Assembly: GCF_009914755.1 (NCBI RefSeq)
Contig: NC_060929.1
DNA length: 64,000 bases
Strand: one strand, 5' to 3'
From: the human T2T-CHM13v2.0 reference genome, Homo sapiens
Shown here: piece by piece, positions 29,406-47,630 of the stretch
Position numbering within the stretch: the first letter of the stretch is position 1
Layout of the letters: the number at the start of each line of letters is the position of its first letter
Program-made: the position numbers and the translations under genes
The notes under the pieces: model-generated
Told to the model about the DNA's origin: nothing
Databases searched by the model: none
What the model saw: the letters and a program-made list of their open reading frames with translations, nothing else

Positions 29406-31439
29406 CGAGATAAGAGTAACCATTCAATAGTTCCTACTGCTTACAGAGGCAAGTCCAAGCTCCTCAGCAAACTATACAAGCCTTCTCTGCCCACCGCTTA
29501 TGCACACACAGATAGCCATGACATGGCTCCTATTTCCTTCTTCAACTCCATCTCTCACTACAATCAAATTTTTTCCTCTACTAATTGCAAATTCCTTTTA
29601 GTTTTTACAAACATTAGACTGCTAATAGCTATTTCTTCTATCTAGAATGTCTTTCTGCTTTATTTTAAATGATCCATCCTTAAGTTCTCAACTTAGGGAT
29701 AATTTTCTCCAACTCCAGGAAAAGCTTTACAACACTCCCATAGTATCCTATACATACTTCCATCTATCATAATACAAAACATTATACTAAAGTCTTACCT
29801 TCGTAGTAGACACCCAACCAGAAGGTTAATATCCTCAAATATGAAGTCTAGATTGCCTTATCACTAGGTATACATCTATTACTGATTCGAATAACTGAGA
29901 ATCTGTTTTTTTTCCCTTATCTAGACCTTAGGCCTTTCCCTGCTCATTTATCTCTCCCGCTCTCCATCTCTTCTGAGACCAGAGTCTTATCCCCGTTCAG
30001 CCAATCCCTACTGAAAGAAATCCTTTCTTTTCTATCCCAACATCCTCTACCAGCCTGATCTGACCTTTCTTCCCATCAATTCTCAGATATGACCATTTAA
30101 TCAAAGTATTCCAATTACAGCAGAGTGTATTAAACCAAATGGATCAAGATTATTAACAAAATTCCAAACTACTTAATTCCAGAGTCATTTCCATAGTACA
30201 GGCAAAAATGATGATATCAAGAAGAATGGGTAATTCAAATCAAGAGAGCATCTAATCTAACCATCAATCTTTTCACATTTTTTACTTGCCTCATCTTAGA
30301 TTATACTCTTGGTCACAATTGTAGCTTGCTCCACATTTTATACAAGCACATAAAACTAAGCTATGCTTTGTAGAGGAAAGGGGTATCACTTGTATGCCTT
30401 CATTAACTTGGATATTTACTCTGAACTGTTCTTTTTTAATACAAATAGTGTGTCTCCTGAGCTACAAGTATCTTTTCTACTGTTTTCTTATACTTGATTA
30501 CATATGATGGCAATAAGATTGGCAGGGAATAGGAATACTAGCTATATCCCAAGTAGCTAGTAGTTACACTGGTGGTTATAATCATCCCTATAAAGAGCCA
30601 TTAAAGGGCCTTACAAGGGCCCAAATCCACAGTCTTAGTCTTGTTAGCACCTCTTTAACTTCTAAGCAAAGCAAAGCTTGGTCCATTATCAATCTAGACG
30701 ATGATTAAATAAATATACAGAGAAAGAAGAGCCACGATGGCCAGCTAAAAGGAGGGAGGAAGAGCTTCTCCCATCGAGAGAACAGACCATCAAGATCACC
30801 AGTAAACTTCAAGCAAATCTTTGGGAGGAAGGCATTGAGAGTGAACAGAGAAAGGACGCAGACCCTGGGCTGAAGGAGGAGGAAGCTGGGAACTCAACAC
30901 AGGGTTACTGAGCACCAGGATTCATTTCTGGCCTTGAGTGGCTCCCAGAGAAGGAGTGAGTTAAACAGGCGTGGAATGGCCTACTCTCACCATGGACCTC
31001 CAGAATGCTAGCTACAGGAGACTCAATGACCCCCATGGACACTTGAGCTGGCAGGGAGAGCTGCTTGGAGAAGTGGCAGGGACAGGACTCCAGCCTGTGC
31101 AGAGCCCAGAGGCTCTGGTGCGGAAACGGCTACAGTGGAGCACAGCCAGGGATGGCTATCCCCCAAAGCTCATCATGCTCCTCTACGCGGCTTTAGCATA
31201 TACTGACTGTCAGGCCTGGACAGAACAGGGCTAACTTGCCTGGGGGACACAGCCAGTCTGATCTGAGCATTCCCACCCCGTCTGCCAGCCTCTACCAGCC
31301 TCTACCAGTCACTGCCTGGCCACATAAGCTTGCAGCATAGTCTCAGATATCCAACAAGGGCACTTTCCAATGGCCACCCCCACAGTTCATCAGCTGGCAG
31401 ATGTCACCTAACCATCGAAGAACTTCTGCAGATGGGCTC

Positions 31440-31793
31440 TGATATGGTTTGGCTATGTCCCCACCCAAATCTCATCTTGAATTCCCATGTGTTGTGGAAG
31501 GGACCCAGTGGGAGGTAATTGAATCATGGGAGCATGTCTTTCCCATGTTGTTCTCATGATAGTGAATAAGTCTCACAAGATCTGATGGTTTTAAAAATGG
31601 GAGTTTCCCCACGCAATCTCTCTCTTTGCCTGCTGCCACCCATGTAAGACATGACTTGCTCCTCCTTGCCTTCCACCATTATTGTGGGGCCTCCCCAGCC
31701 ACATGTAACTGTAAGACCATTAAACCTCTTTCTTTAGTAAATTGCCCAGTCTCAGGTATGTCTTTATCAGCAGCATGAAAACAGACTAATACA
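31440..31793 (+). mobile_element. Solo THE1 (A/B-type) LTR in the L1 5' UTR
   Basis: tgatatggtttggctatgtccccacccaaatctc...aacagactaataca, with TSD ggctc/ggccc. Confidence 0.93.
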
Positions 31794-32339
31794 GGCCCCC
31801 ATCAGCACACACCCGCCCACAGCCTCCCCCAACTGCTTTGCCAGAATGCACATGCCCACAACCTCCCTCCACTGCTTTGACATAAAGCCCTCCCCCCCAC
31901 CACCCCACCCCACCGCTGGTACACACACACACACACGAACACAGATCCCTCTGCCGCTGGCTTAATGAAGGGATTCTGTCAGCACCCTCCATGAGTGTTG
32001 CTACCAGTGAACTGGGAACACCTCAACTCCTCCAGCACAGCAGGTGCTTAACCTCAAGGGGCCAGAGAACAAAGCTGTGAGCCTGGACACAACCCTTCAG
32101 GGTTAGAGCATGCAGCCCAGGAGTGCTGAGCTGAACCTTGGTCCCCTGAAATCATCCAGAAATGAAGACAGCTGACTGAAACCAACTTAAAGAACAGTCA
32201 AACCCTCAAAGGCATCAAAGAGTATAAAAGCAAAAAGGCCCATCCAAAAGACAGCAACAACAAAGATTAAAGGAACATCAGGCCACAAAGATGAAGAACC
32301 CGTGGAAGGACTATGGCAACTCAAAAAGTCAGAGTGTCT

Positions 32340-36166
<3,827 letters not shown>

Positions 36167-39100
36167 AAAAAGTCAGAGTGTCTTCCTACCTCCAAATGAC
36201 TGCACCACCTGCCAAAGAATGGTTCTTAACCAGGCTGAAATTATAGACATAGAATTCAGAATCTGGATGGCAAGGAGAATCATCAAGATTCAGGAGAAAG
36301 CTGAAACCCAATCCAAGGAATCTAAGGAATCCAATAAAATAATACAAGAACTTAAAGATGAAATAGTCATTTTAAGAAGGAACCAAACTGATCTGATAGA
36401 GATGAAAAACTAAAAGAATTTCATAATACAATCAGAAGTGCTGAGAAAAGAATAGACAAAACTGAGGAAAGAATCTCAAAGTTCAAAGACCAATTCTTCG
36501 AATGAACTCAATCAGACAAAAATAAAGGCAAACGAATAAAAAGAATGAACAAAATCTCCAAAAAACATGGGATTATGTAAACAGACCAAACATATGACAC
36601 ATTGGCATCCCTGAAAGAGAGAGACATGAGAAAGCAACTTAGAAAACATAATTAAAAATTATGAAAATTTCCCTAACCTCACTGGGGAGGTAGACATTCA
36701 AATTCAGAAACTGCAGAGAACCCCTGTAAGATGCTATTCAAGACAACCATGCTGAAGACAAATAGTCTTCAGATTCTCCATGGTCAAAGTGAAAGAAAAA
36801 ATCTTAAAGGGAGCTAAAAAGAAGGGAGAGGTCACCTACAAAGGGAACCCCATCAGGCTAACAGCTGACCTTTCAGCAGAAACCCTACAAGCCAGAAAAG
36901 ACTGGGGACCTTTATTCAGCATTCTTAAAGAAAGGAAATTCTAACCAAGAATTTCATATCTAGCCAAACTTTGCTTCATAAGTAAAAGAGAAATAAAATC
37001 CTTTTCAGATAAGCAAATACTAAGGGAATTCACTACCACCAGACCTGCCTTATAAGAGGTCCTTACGGAAGCACTAAATATGAAATTGAAAGGCCATTAC
37101 TGGCCACCACAAAAACAAACACACTTAAGTACACAGACCATTGACACCATAAAGCAACTACAAAATTAAGTCTACATAACAAGCAGATAACAGCATAACA
37201 GGATCAAATGTTCACATATCAATACTGACTCTGAATGTAAATGGACTAACTACACCACTTAAGAGACACAGAGTGGCAATTTGAATAAAGAAACATGACC
37301 TAACTACATACTATCTTCAACAGACCCCTCTCACATGCAATGACACCCACAGACTCAGAGTAAGGGATAGAGAAAAATCTATCAAGCAAACAGAAAACAA
37401 AAAAGAGACAGATTGCTCTTTTAATTTGAGACAAAACAGACTTGAAAGCAACAATAATCAAAAAGGACTAAGAAGGGCATTAAATAATGATAAAGGGTTC
37501 AATTCAACATGAAAACTTTAACTACCCTAAATATACATGCATCCAACATTGGAGCACCCAGATTCATAAAATAAGTTCTTAGAGACCTACAAAGAGACTT
37601 AGATAACCACACGATAATAGTGGAAGACCTCACCTTGACACCCACTGACAGTACTAGACAGACCATCAAGGCACAAAACTAACAAAGATATTCAGGACCT
37701 AAACTTGACATTTGACCAAATGGCCCTAACAGATATCTACAGAACACTGCACTCAACTACAACAGAATATACATTCTTCTTATCTGCACATGACACATAC
37801 TGTAATATTGACCACACACTCAGCCATAAAGGAATTCTCAACAGATTCAAAAAAAAAAAAAAAAAACTGAAATTATACCACATTCTTAACCACAGTACAA
37901 GAATAGATCTCTCAAAATCATATAATTATGTGGAAATTAAACAATCTGTTCCTGAATGACTTTGGGTAAACAATGAAATTAAGACAGAATTCAATAAATT
38001 TTTTGAAACTAATGAAAAGGAAGAAATGACATACCAGATTCTCTGAGACAGAGCTAAAGCAGTCTTCAAAGGAAAGTATATAGCACTAAACACCTACATC
38101 AAGTAGTTAGAAAGATCTCAAATTAACAACCTAAAATCACACCTAGAGCAACCAAAAAAAAAAAAAGTAAACTAACCCCAAAGCTAGCAGAAGAAAAAAC
38201 CAAAATCAGAGCTGACTGAACAAAACTAAGACATGAAAAACTATACAAAAGGTCAATGAAACCAAAACGTCGTTCTCTGAAAGAATAAATAAGATTGACA
38301 GACCACTAGCTAGACAAATAAAGAAAAAAGGAAAGAAGTCCAAATAAACACAATCAGAAATGACAAAGTGAACATTACAACTGACCCCACAGAAATAAAA
38401 AAAAAAAACTCTCAGAGACTATTAGGAACACCTCTACCTACACAAACTAGAAATCTTAGAGAAAAATGGATAAGTTCCTCAAAACATACAACCTCCCAAG
38501 ATTGAATCAGAAGGAAATTGAAACCCTGAACAGACCAATAGTGAATTTCAAAATTGATCAGTAATAAAAAGCCTACACCCAGAAGAAGTCCTGGAAAAGA
38601 TAGATTGACAGCCAAATTCCACCCAACATATAAAGAAGAGCTGAAACCAACCCTACTAAACTATTCCAAAAAATGAGAAGGGACTCCTCGTCAAATCATT
38701 CTATGAAGCTAGCATCATTCTGATACCATAACTTTGTAGAAACACAACGAAAAAAGAAAACTTTAGACCAATATCCCTGATGAATATAGATGTAAAAATC
38801 CTCAACAAACACTAGCACACCAAAACCAGCAGCACATCAAAAACCTAATCTACCATGATCAAAATGGCTTTATTCCTGTTATACAAGGTTGGGTCAACAT
38901 ATGTAAATCAGTAAATGTGATTCAACACATAAACAAACCTAAAAACAAAAACCATATGATCATCTCAATAGGTGCAGAAAAGGCTTTTGATAAAATTTAA
39001 CATGTGTTAAAAATTTTCAACAAACTAGACATTGAAGGAACATACCTTAAATAAAAAGAGCCAGTTATGACAAATCCACAGCAAACATCATACTAAATAG

Positions 39101-42100
39101 GCAAAAGCTAGAGACATTTCCCTTGAAAACCGGAACAAGACAAGCATGCCCACTCTCACCACAACTATTCAACATAGTACTGGAAATTTCAGCCAAAGCA
39201 ATTAGGCAAGAGAAACAAATGAAAGGCATCCAAATTAAAAGGAAGTCATACTATCTCTGTTCACAGATGATATGATTCTACACTTATAAAACCCCATGCT
39301 CTCTACCCAATGGTTCCTAGATCTGATAAACAACTTCTGCAAAGTTTCAGGATACTAAATCAATGTCAAAAAAATCAGTAGCATTTCAGCAATAACGTCC
39401 AAGCTGAGAGCCAAATCAAGAATGCAATCCCATTCACAATAGCCACAAAAGAAATAAAATACCTAGGCATACAGCTCAACAGGGAGGTGAAAGAGCTCTA
39501 CGATGAGAATTACAAAATGTTGCTGAAGAAATCGGAAACAACACAAATGGAAAGATATTCCTTACTCATGGATAGGAAGAATCAATATTATTTAAATGGC
39601 CATGCTGCTCAAAGTAATTTACAGATTCAATGCTACTCCTATCAAGCTACCAATGACATTTTTCACAGAACTAGAAAAAATATCTAACATTCATATGGAA
39701 CTGAAAAATAGCCTGAATACCCAAAACCATCCTAAGCAAAAAGAAAAAAGCCAGAGGTATCACACTATCTGACTTCAAACTATACTACCAGGCTACAGTA
39801 ACCAAAACAGCATGGTACTGGAAAAAAAAAAAAAACAGACACATAAAACAATGGAACAGAATAGAGAACCCAAAAATAAAGCCACACACCTAAAACCATC
39901 TGATCTTTAACAAAGTCAACAATAAGTAATGGGAAAAGGACTCCCTATTCAATAAAGAGTGCTGGGATAACTGCCTAGCCATATGCAGAAGATTGAAACT
40001 GAACCCTTTCCTTTTACCATACACAAAAATCCATTCAAGATGGATTAAAGACTTACATGTAAAGCCTTAAACTATAAAAACTCTAAAAGAAAATCTAGGC
40101 AATACCATTCTGAATCTAGGCCCTGGCAAAGATTTCATATGAAGACTCCAAAAGCAACTGCAACAAAAACAAAAATTGAAAAGAAAGACCTAATTAAACT
40201 AAAGAGCCTCTACACAGCAAAAGAAACTATCAACACAGTAAACAGACAACCTACAGAATGGGAGAAAAAAATTCGCAAACTATGCATCCTACAAAGGTCC
40301 CATAGCCAGGATCTATAAGGAACTTAAACAAATTAAAAAGCAAAAAAACCCATAAAAAATGGGCAAAGGACATGAACAGACAATTCTCAAAACAAGATAT
40401 ACACATGGACAACAAACATATGAAAAAATGCTCAACATCACTGAGCTTTAGAGAAATGCAAATCAAAACCAAAATAAGAACCATCTCACAACAGTTGGAA
40501 GGGCTATTGTTAAAAAGTCAAAAAATAACAGCTGCTGATGAGGTTGTGGAGAAAACTGAATGCTTATACAGTGGTGGGGGGAATGTAAATTTCAGCCACT
40601 GTGGAAAGCAGTTTGGAAATTTCTAAAGAACCTAAAACAGAAAGAACTGCCATTCAACTCAGCAATCCCATTCCTGGGTACCTACCCAAAGGAATATAAA
40701 TCATTCTAATAAAAAGACAACATGTACTCATATGTCCATCGCAGCACTATTCAAAAAAGCAAAGACATGGAATCAACCTACATACCCATCAACAGTGGAC
40801 TGAACAAAGAAAATGTGGCACATATACACCACGGAACACCACACAGCCATAAAAAAGAATAAAATCATGTCCTTTACAGCAACATGGATGGAGCTTCACA
40901 TTATCCTATGTGAATCAATGCAGAAAAAAAAAAAAAAAAAAAAAACAAATACCACATGTTCTCACTTATACATGAAAGCTAAACATTAAGTATACATGGA
41001 GAAAGAAGGAAACAATACACAATGGGGTCTACTTCAGGGTGGAGGTTGGGAAGAGGATGAGAATTGAAAAACTACCTATCGGGTCACTGCACATGTACCC
41101 CCTGAACTAAAATAAAAGTTGGAAAGGAATAAAAGTTTAAAAATGAAATAAAAACTACTCCTTTAGCAATTTCCAAGTAAAACATAAATAATCTGATATG
41201 AAGAAATGCTTTGCTTTGATGGTCTTCACAGTGTTATTTTCTCTGAAGCAAAAATTATCTCAATTACGTATATTACAAAAGAGATCATTTCCTCCAAATG
41301 GAGACAACAAACAATATTAGAGAAAGCAGCATAGCACTTCTGTCTCTAATTTCTCTGTAACTTAGCTGTGAAACCTTGAGTAAGTCAGTCATCTGCCATC
41401 TCATCTGCAGTAAATTAATCAATTTTAATTTGCCAAGGAGTTACAAGTAAAATTGTCATACAATTTTTCATTCATTAAACTAAAGCAAAGTAATTGATTT
41501 AAATGAGCTTTATAACTGAAATAGCTCAACGTAGCACCCCCAAGAGTATCTAATAAATTATGACAGTGTACAAAACATTCAATAGTTAAAAAAAAAAAAA
41601 AAAAGACGTTGTTACCTTGAACTTATAGGCAATTGGACATTCTGGATTATTAAAAATGCCCTTCCTTCTTAACAGATTATATTTTAAAAATTTTTTACAG
41701 TTTTGGACATTGTTAAATTATACACTCAAATTACTCAGTTGAACTCATTATGAATAGAAATTATGTGGCACATGATCTGAACAACTTCGCTTACTCCTAT
41801 AGAACTGTATACAGTGCACACCTTCCAAACACTCACTGTTGAGCTGTATGGACTAACATACATTATTTGATATACAGTAGATCTTACTGGATTACTCAGG
41901 GCCAACTGTCTCAATTCCGAACCACATACTGAGATGAAGCTGGTGATTTGCACTCCCTCATTCTACCCTCCATCCCATGCCAATCTGTAGAGCATAGCTC
42001 TATATTACTTTTTTTCACTTTGATTCTGGGTCCCCTCTCCTCTGCTGTCAGTTCTGGGGCTCATGATCCATCACTATTACTGATCTTTGCCACTCTCCAT

Positions 42101-42131
42101 CTAGTGAAATCAAACTGCTACACTGATATCT

Positions 42132-42259
42132 AACACATCTTTTCTGTTTCTTCATCATTTTTTGGCTCTTCTGGTACCTGCTCTTCTCAGCAAGAACCAG
42201 AACACGTCTTTTCTGTTTCTTCATCCTGTTTGGCTCTTCTGGTCCCCGCTCTTCTCAGC
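42132..42259. repeat. Imperfect 69-bp-period tandem duplication
   Basis: aacac(a/g)tcttttctgtttcttcatc...tggctcttctggt...gctcttctcagc at 42132 and 42201. Confidence 0.9.
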
Positions 42260-42649
42260 TACAAAACAAACGACATCTACTACACAGGCACAGTCAGCCA
42301 TTTAATATACTCCTTTTCTTCTAATTAAAAAGAAAAAAAAATCAAAACAGGCCAGGATAGTCTTTGGCTTTCTGAACTGTTTTCATGGCAATTTGAACCA
42401 AAAGGTTCATTTATTATTATAGAAGATGGTGTATTTTTTTTTTTAATTTCTAAGTTTGGAGTTACTACAGATACCTGGTCAACAGACAAGTTGAGAGTTT
42501 TTACAATTACAGGATTAAAGAGTTAAAATGCAATAAAAGTCATGGTGGCTGCCTTCTTAACCCTTAAAAACTCCACCAAATAAATCTCCAAAAATTTTTA
42601 TTAAATCATATCTTAAAATAAATTCATAGAACTCCAAAAATATATACCA

Positions 42650-43410
42650 GTGGTCAAAAAGGACATGAAAAGATGCTTAACATCACCAATCATTAGGGAA
42701 GTGCAAATTAAAACCACAGAGAGATACTACTTTACACCCATCAGGATCGCTATTATCAAAAAAACAAAAAATGTGTTTGGCAAGGATGTGGAGAAATGGT
42801 GAGGATGTGGCAAAATGTTGGTGAGGATGTGGAGAAATTGGACTCCTTTGCATTGCTGGTGGGAATGTAAAATGAGGTGGCTGCTGTGGAAAAGAGTGTG
42901 TCAATTCCTCGAAAAAAAGTATACATATAGATATATATACATATAAAATTTCCATGTGATCTAGCAATTTCCCTTCTGGAGAGATATCGAAAAGAAATGA
43001 AAGCAGAGAGTTGAACAGATATTTGCACTCTCATGTTCATAGCAGCATTATTCACAATAACCAAAGGATGGAAACAACCCAAGCATCCATGGATGAATGA
43101 ATGGATAAACAAAATGTATTAACAGCATATGCACACAATGGATAATTGTATTTCACCTTAAAAAGAACATTCTGACACACGCTACAACATGGACGAACGT
43201 TGGAGACATTATACTAAGTGAAATAAGCCAGTCACAAAAGGTCAAATAGTGCATGATTCCACTTATATGAGGTACCTAGAGTAGTCAAATTCATAGAGGC
43301 AGAAAGTAAATTGGCAGTTGTCAGGGGCTGAAGGTAACAGAAAACGAGGTGTGAGTGTTTAATAGGTATGAAGTTTCAGTTGGGGATGATGAAAAACTTC
43401 TGAGTGAAAA
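42650..43410 (+). mobile_element. L1MB 3' fragment
   Basis: aagccagtcacaaaaggtcaaatagtgcatgattccacttatatgaggtacctagagtagtcaaattcatagag. Confidence 0.85.
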
Positions 43411-43699
43411 ATAAAGTTGGCATAGTACAGGGACATACTCCATACTTAGTTACCAATGACTACTGTGCAAACCCAATCTGACTCTAAAAACAGAGACAGT
43501 ACAAGTTGTATACAACTGAGTAAATAGTGCTTACTTTTGTTAGAGCTCAATGAAGAGCACAGAAACATCTCTACATATCTACAGACACCAGATTCTCCTC
43601 AGAGGTTTGTCTGGGAAAGCTGAAAAAAATAAACTGTAAATAAATAAAATCCCTCATGCCACCAAATCAAGGAATAAATATTCATTCTTGAGATTGTTA

Positions 43700-44420
<721 letters not shown>

Positions 44421-45239
44421 TAAACAAGTGGATGCTCATGGTTTCATAGATAATATTTCCCTCTTGGCCTTGGTACTATTTATTCTACCATATGGAGCAG
44501 CCATAGCCTGAAAGCATCCAGAGCATCCTTAACTTTTCAGCGTAGGATTCACTGGTTAAGTGGAAGTAAGGCCTAGTTGAAAATTCTGAAAGAAGCCTGG
44601 TACCAGCACTGTCACTGAGGCCTTAACGAAGCAGATCCAAAAATACTCTCTTACTCAGTTTCTACATTCGCTAAATGTATACAGTGTAACCGTCCCTCGC
44701 ATTGTAGGATAAAGAATACACCTTATCAATGAGATATTTGTTATGCAGTATATGGCATGCGTTAATGCAAACGATGTCATGTACTACATTAAAAAATCGC
44801 ACTGATATTTTGATAAATATACAATGCACTTGTAGATAAAAACCAGAGAATTTTTCCCTCTACAGCTTTTTTGAGGATTTGGGAGAAATGGACAAATGCA
44901 ACAACATTGCATGTCATTAAATACAGTATATCCAAACACAACGAGTTTCTTGGCCCAACAGATATAGACCCTGGAGCACTATAAGAATATGTTAAACACC
45001 TGGATGAGGGAAAGAGAAGACTGCTTCCAAAACATACTTACTTTATTTCAAAGTCAAAAGTATTCAACACTTAATTCATACTGCATCCCAGAGAAACGTC
45101 CCACCCGCGCCCATGCATGTTACAAGTTTTGAGAGCATTTTATAACTGCACTTTAATCCCTCTGCAGTGAATGACTTCTGGTAAAGCGCTGGCAGTTAAT
45201 AATACTTTTTGTAGAAAAAAAAATTAATACAACAACCAC

Positions 45240-45960
45240 AATACCTCCACTCGCAAGAAAGCGGAGGAGGGCCCATTACTCTGTCTCCAGGGACTCCCAG
45301 AATCCCGTACGCCCCGACATAAGGAAAGTCATCCAGGGAACACACACGTCGCTCCCGCCTAGAGAGTGGAAATGGAACATGGGACCTGCCCATCAGCGGA
45401 GGCCCAGACACAAGTCAGAGGTGTCCGCAGGGAATGCAGCGTGGTTCCAGACAGCCTCGGTCCCCAGGGCCAGCGACCACCGCCTGAGACCGACCCAGGC
45501 CAGCCCCCTCCTGATTTCGACCCGGGCCTGCCCCCGGAGCTCACATCCCCGCAAACGGCAGTCCTACCTGAGCTCTGCCCCCAGCCACAGGGCTGAGGGG
45601 GCAGGCGGGAGGAGGCGTGGCCTTCCAGTTCGCCAGTCGAACTCCCTCGTGCGGTTGTTATGACTTTCCCTCTCGGGATCCGCGCCCCGACCAAGTTCGA
45701 GTTGCACTTCCGGGGTCTTCAGGAGATTGATACGTCATTACGCACTTGACGGCAGCGGCGGCGACAACCCGGAAACGGGCGGGGCGCGGGCCCTGGGTAG
45801 GTTCCTGTGGTATTAGGTGGACTGGAGAAAGAGGCCCGCGTGAATTAAGTGTAGTTCTCTTATGCACTGGCGGACTCTGGTCGCCCTTCCTTGTGAAGGC
45901 TGCCTGGGTAGCCGTAGAGGACGAGGCCACTCTAAAGCCTCGTTTTCCCAGCGGAATTTT
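45240..45960. promoter_or_regulatory. FAM172A: CpG island, TATA-less promoter of FAM172A
   Basis: The only extended CpG/GC-rich non-Alu segment in the window. Motifs: ETS/GABPA CCGGAAGTG (minus, 45705-45713), CRE-like TGACGTA (minus, 45731-45737), a second ETS core CCGGAA (~45769-45774) and GC box GGGCGGGGC (45777-45785). Confidence 0.88.
45568..45715 (-). other. FAM172A: FAM172A non-coding exon 1 (5' boundary approximate)
   Basis: Lies in the CpG island, has no ATG on the minus strand, and ends in a good donor CTCAG|GTAGGA (GT at 45567-45566). TSS position is inferred from the promoter motif cluster. Confidence 0.75.
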
Positions 45961-47369
45961 AACTATTCTAAGGATGTCCTTACAGCCAGTTCCCCACTCC
46001 GCTACTCAGAGTGTGTCAGACTTTACCCTGTCCATTCAACTCCAGAAAAACCGGGAGGTCTAGATTCGGAAGATTAAATTTACCTTTGAATTAGGACATG
46101 TAAAATAGGAAGTTAATATTAGCATCCTAATGACAAAAGTTTTCTCGTTATCATACTTGACTCAAATGGGAATCTTACGGATATTAATGTTTTTTCCAGA
46201 AACAGGTTTGAAAGGTATTTCAAGGATAAATCTGGGGAAAGGGATGGAAGCAACTGATTTTTAATTTTTAGATAGTACTCTCAGAGCATTTATTTAGTCC
46301 AAAACTGTTAATTTAATGAATTAGGCTAAACTAGACGCTGGGGTAACAAAGCTGAGTTAGATACCCTCTCCTCTGAGGCAGCTAAAGAGAAGGAAAGTCT
46401 GGTGGCTGACAAGTAAACCAACAGTTATGTTCTTCAGAGAGGAGATCTCAGACTCTCTAAGGTATACTTCACTTCCACACTGTTTGTACTTTGCAAATGT
46501 ACCCTGCCCCCTAAAATGTAAACTCACTGATGGTAGTGACATAATCTTGTCTTTTTAATGTATCCTCAACCATACAACAGTGCCTGTCCACAAAGTAGAC
46601 AATAAATACTTATTGAATGACTGAATGATCACAGTGGTAAATAATAGATTGGGGAAATCTAGAAAAGTGTATAGGACAAGAAGAAAGTGGTGTAAGTAAG
46701 TGGCGGGAGATAAGGAGCAGTAAAAGGTGAGAGAATCCACTGGAGTTAGCCAGAACTGAGTACCTGAATGAATCTCGGGCATTGCAAGACTGTTAGGGCT
46801 TCATTTCCGGAAAGAACTCAAATGGTTTGTAGAGTGACACTTTATACTGAAGAGGAAGGCAACAGCCAGATTCTGAAAAGCTTTCTATGTCATGCTGAGT
46901 AATTTGATTTTCTGCTGCAGACAATTGGGGAAGCTGAAGGATTGTTGAACAGAGGAGGGAAACATTTTTATTTTGGTGGACTTTTGCAACAGTGACAGAT
47001 TATATTAAAAAGATAAGGCTCCCAAAAATGTATAATCCCAGTTTAACCATGAGAAAAACATCAGACAAAATACCTGACCAGTACTACTCCAAACAGTTAA
47101 AGTCATGAAAAACAAGGAAAGTCTGAGAAACTGTCTGAGCCAAGAGGAGCCTAAAGAGACCAACTTTAATGTTGGATCCTGAAATAGAAATAGAACGTAA
47201 GTGAGAAAACTAGTGAAAATTGAATAAAAAAGTAACATTCCATTAAGAGAATATACCAATGTTTACATAAAATATGGAGATTGGTCAAAAGATGAGTGAC
47301 ATGACCTTTCAATATTTCCAGGATAGAGGCCCACTCAAGGGTTAGGGGAATGTACTTTGTTCAGTAGTA

Positions 47370-47630
47370 AACTATTGAACAAACATATGGGTGCTTCAGC
47401 CTGCAATTCCAGCTGGACTTACATGGGAATGAATGAGCCTTCAGATTGTTCCTGTCATTGAGTCAGCTGGGGTCCAAAATTTCATAAAGCAGAGACGAGC
47501 CATCCCCACTGTGCCCAGTTCTGAATTCCTGACCCACAGAAACAATTAGAGATAATGAAAATGATTCTTGTTACTTTAAGCCAGTAAATTTTGGAGTGAT
47601 TTGTTTTTCAGCAAAAGAAACTAATAGCTG
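47370..47630 (+). mobile_element. Old MLT1 LTR fragment
   Basis: gaattcctgacccacagaaac...tttaagccagtaaattttggagtgatttg. Confidence 0.65.

Noticed and set aside
42782-42835. Triplicated aggatgtgg unit, considered as a possible array
   Set aside because: Local slippage within an L1MB fragment. There is no repeat-spacer or CRISPR-like structure, and the DNA is eukaryotic.
45196-46077. Cluster of overlapping ORFs in the CpG island
   Set aside because: Expected from stop-codon scarcity in GC-rich DNA. I see no recognisable protein similarity.
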